Below are positions 63,744-64,000 of a DNA stretch of 64,000 bases, in pieces (position 1 is the stretch's first letter; each line of letters begins with the position of its first letter). Origin of the DNA: Burkholderiales bacterium (GTDB lineage: Bacteria; Pseudomonadota; Gammaproteobacteria; Burkholderiales; Burkholderiaceae_E); the NCBI GenBank assembly GCA_003818495.1, contig RPRK01000006.1, positions 2,489 to 66,488 on the forward strand, read 5' to 3'. The translations under genes were made by a program, and so were the position numbers. The notes under the pieces were generated by a model. That model was not told the origin of the DNA, searched no databases, and saw nothing but the letters and a program-made list of their open reading frames with translations.

Positions 63744-64000
63744 TCAGTCGAAGATGGCCGTGGTCTGGTGGCTCACGGCCACGGGGCGGGCCGACTCGTC
63801 CCAGACGCGCGCGGTCTGGCTGGTGTAGCCCTCGGCCGCATGGCGCGTCTCGGTGTGCAGCATCAGCCAGGCCCGCGGATCGACGCTGCGGGGGTCGGCG
63901 AGGAACTCGAGCAGCCAGGTGAGCGAGGCGCCCGGCGCCCGGCGGGCGAGCGTCGCCATCACGGGCGACGGCGGCATGTCGCACAGCGCCACGACGTTGG
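63744..64000 (-). CDS. Acyl-CoA thioesterase-like (hotdog) protein, N-terminus beyond window
   Basis: The frame is open to the window edge. The C-terminal ...WLMLHTETRHAAEGYTSQTARVWDESARPVAVSHQTTAIFD resembles TesB-like thioesterase C-termini. Confidence 0.55.
   Translation of the reverse strand, partial: NVVALCDMPPSPVMATLARRAPGASLTWLLEFLADPRSVDPRAWLMLHTETRHAAEGYTSQTARVWDESARPVAVSHQTTAIFD

Overview
This is a very GC-rich chromosomal segment; codon position 3 is almost always G/C, so the six-frame track is full of long Arg/Pro/Gly-rich shadow ORFs. I read it as betaproteobacterial, probably a Burkholderiales relative of the Rubrivivax/Leptothrix group. That placement is an inference from gene content and synteny: a Bug/TctC-family binding protein, a COG4663-65-type TRAP system, and the minus-strand block def-fmt-rsmB-DUF4390-ntrY-ntrX-trkA.

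I support about 55 protein genes.
- 1-9.7 kb: LysR and GntR regulators with MFS transporters, and a hybrid sensor kinase.
- 9.8-13.8 kb: a TRAP transporter.
- 14.5-22.5 kb: the conserved trkA / ntrXY / rsmB / fmt / def block.
- 22.7-27.9 kb: LysM protein, dprA and topB.
- 28-31 kb: MarR regulator, amidohydrolase and ChaC-like protein.
- 31.4-36.9 kb: a PAS hybrid kinase and a MacAB-like ABC exporter.
- 37-40.5 kb: BenE transporter, trxC and an AI-2E permease.
- 40.5-45.8 kb: an accessory-looking stretch with two Cys-rich exported proteins, a NERD-SF1 helicase fusion, and a VIT-like gene coupled to a porin.
- 46-51.7 kb: CoA-transferase, chemoreceptor (MCP), EamA transporter, YchJ and a Bug-family protein.
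- 52.5-58.3 kb: a Fur-box-preceded tonB-exbB-exbD-receptor-DUF1513 iron cluster.
- 58.3-64 kb: patatin-like lipase, MFS transporter, thioredoxin-TPR chaperone, NnrU, quinone oxidoreductase and a truncated thioesterase.

I saw no rRNA, tRNA, CRISPR array, transposase or integrase.

The most interesting items:
- The stand-alone NERD nuclease / SF1 helicase gene, a candidate single-gene Nhi-like phage defence.
- Two architecturally similar small-RNA candidates in otherwise non-coding gaps. Each has a CU-rich anti-Shine-Dalgarno-like motif followed by one of the only two U-tract intrinsic terminators I found in the window.
- Several in-frame micro- and minisatellites inside membrane and sensor proteins, and two 11-nt tandem arrays.
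- A hybrid kinase whose kinase motifs look degenerate.

All family assignments come from reading motifs by eye. No database search was run.
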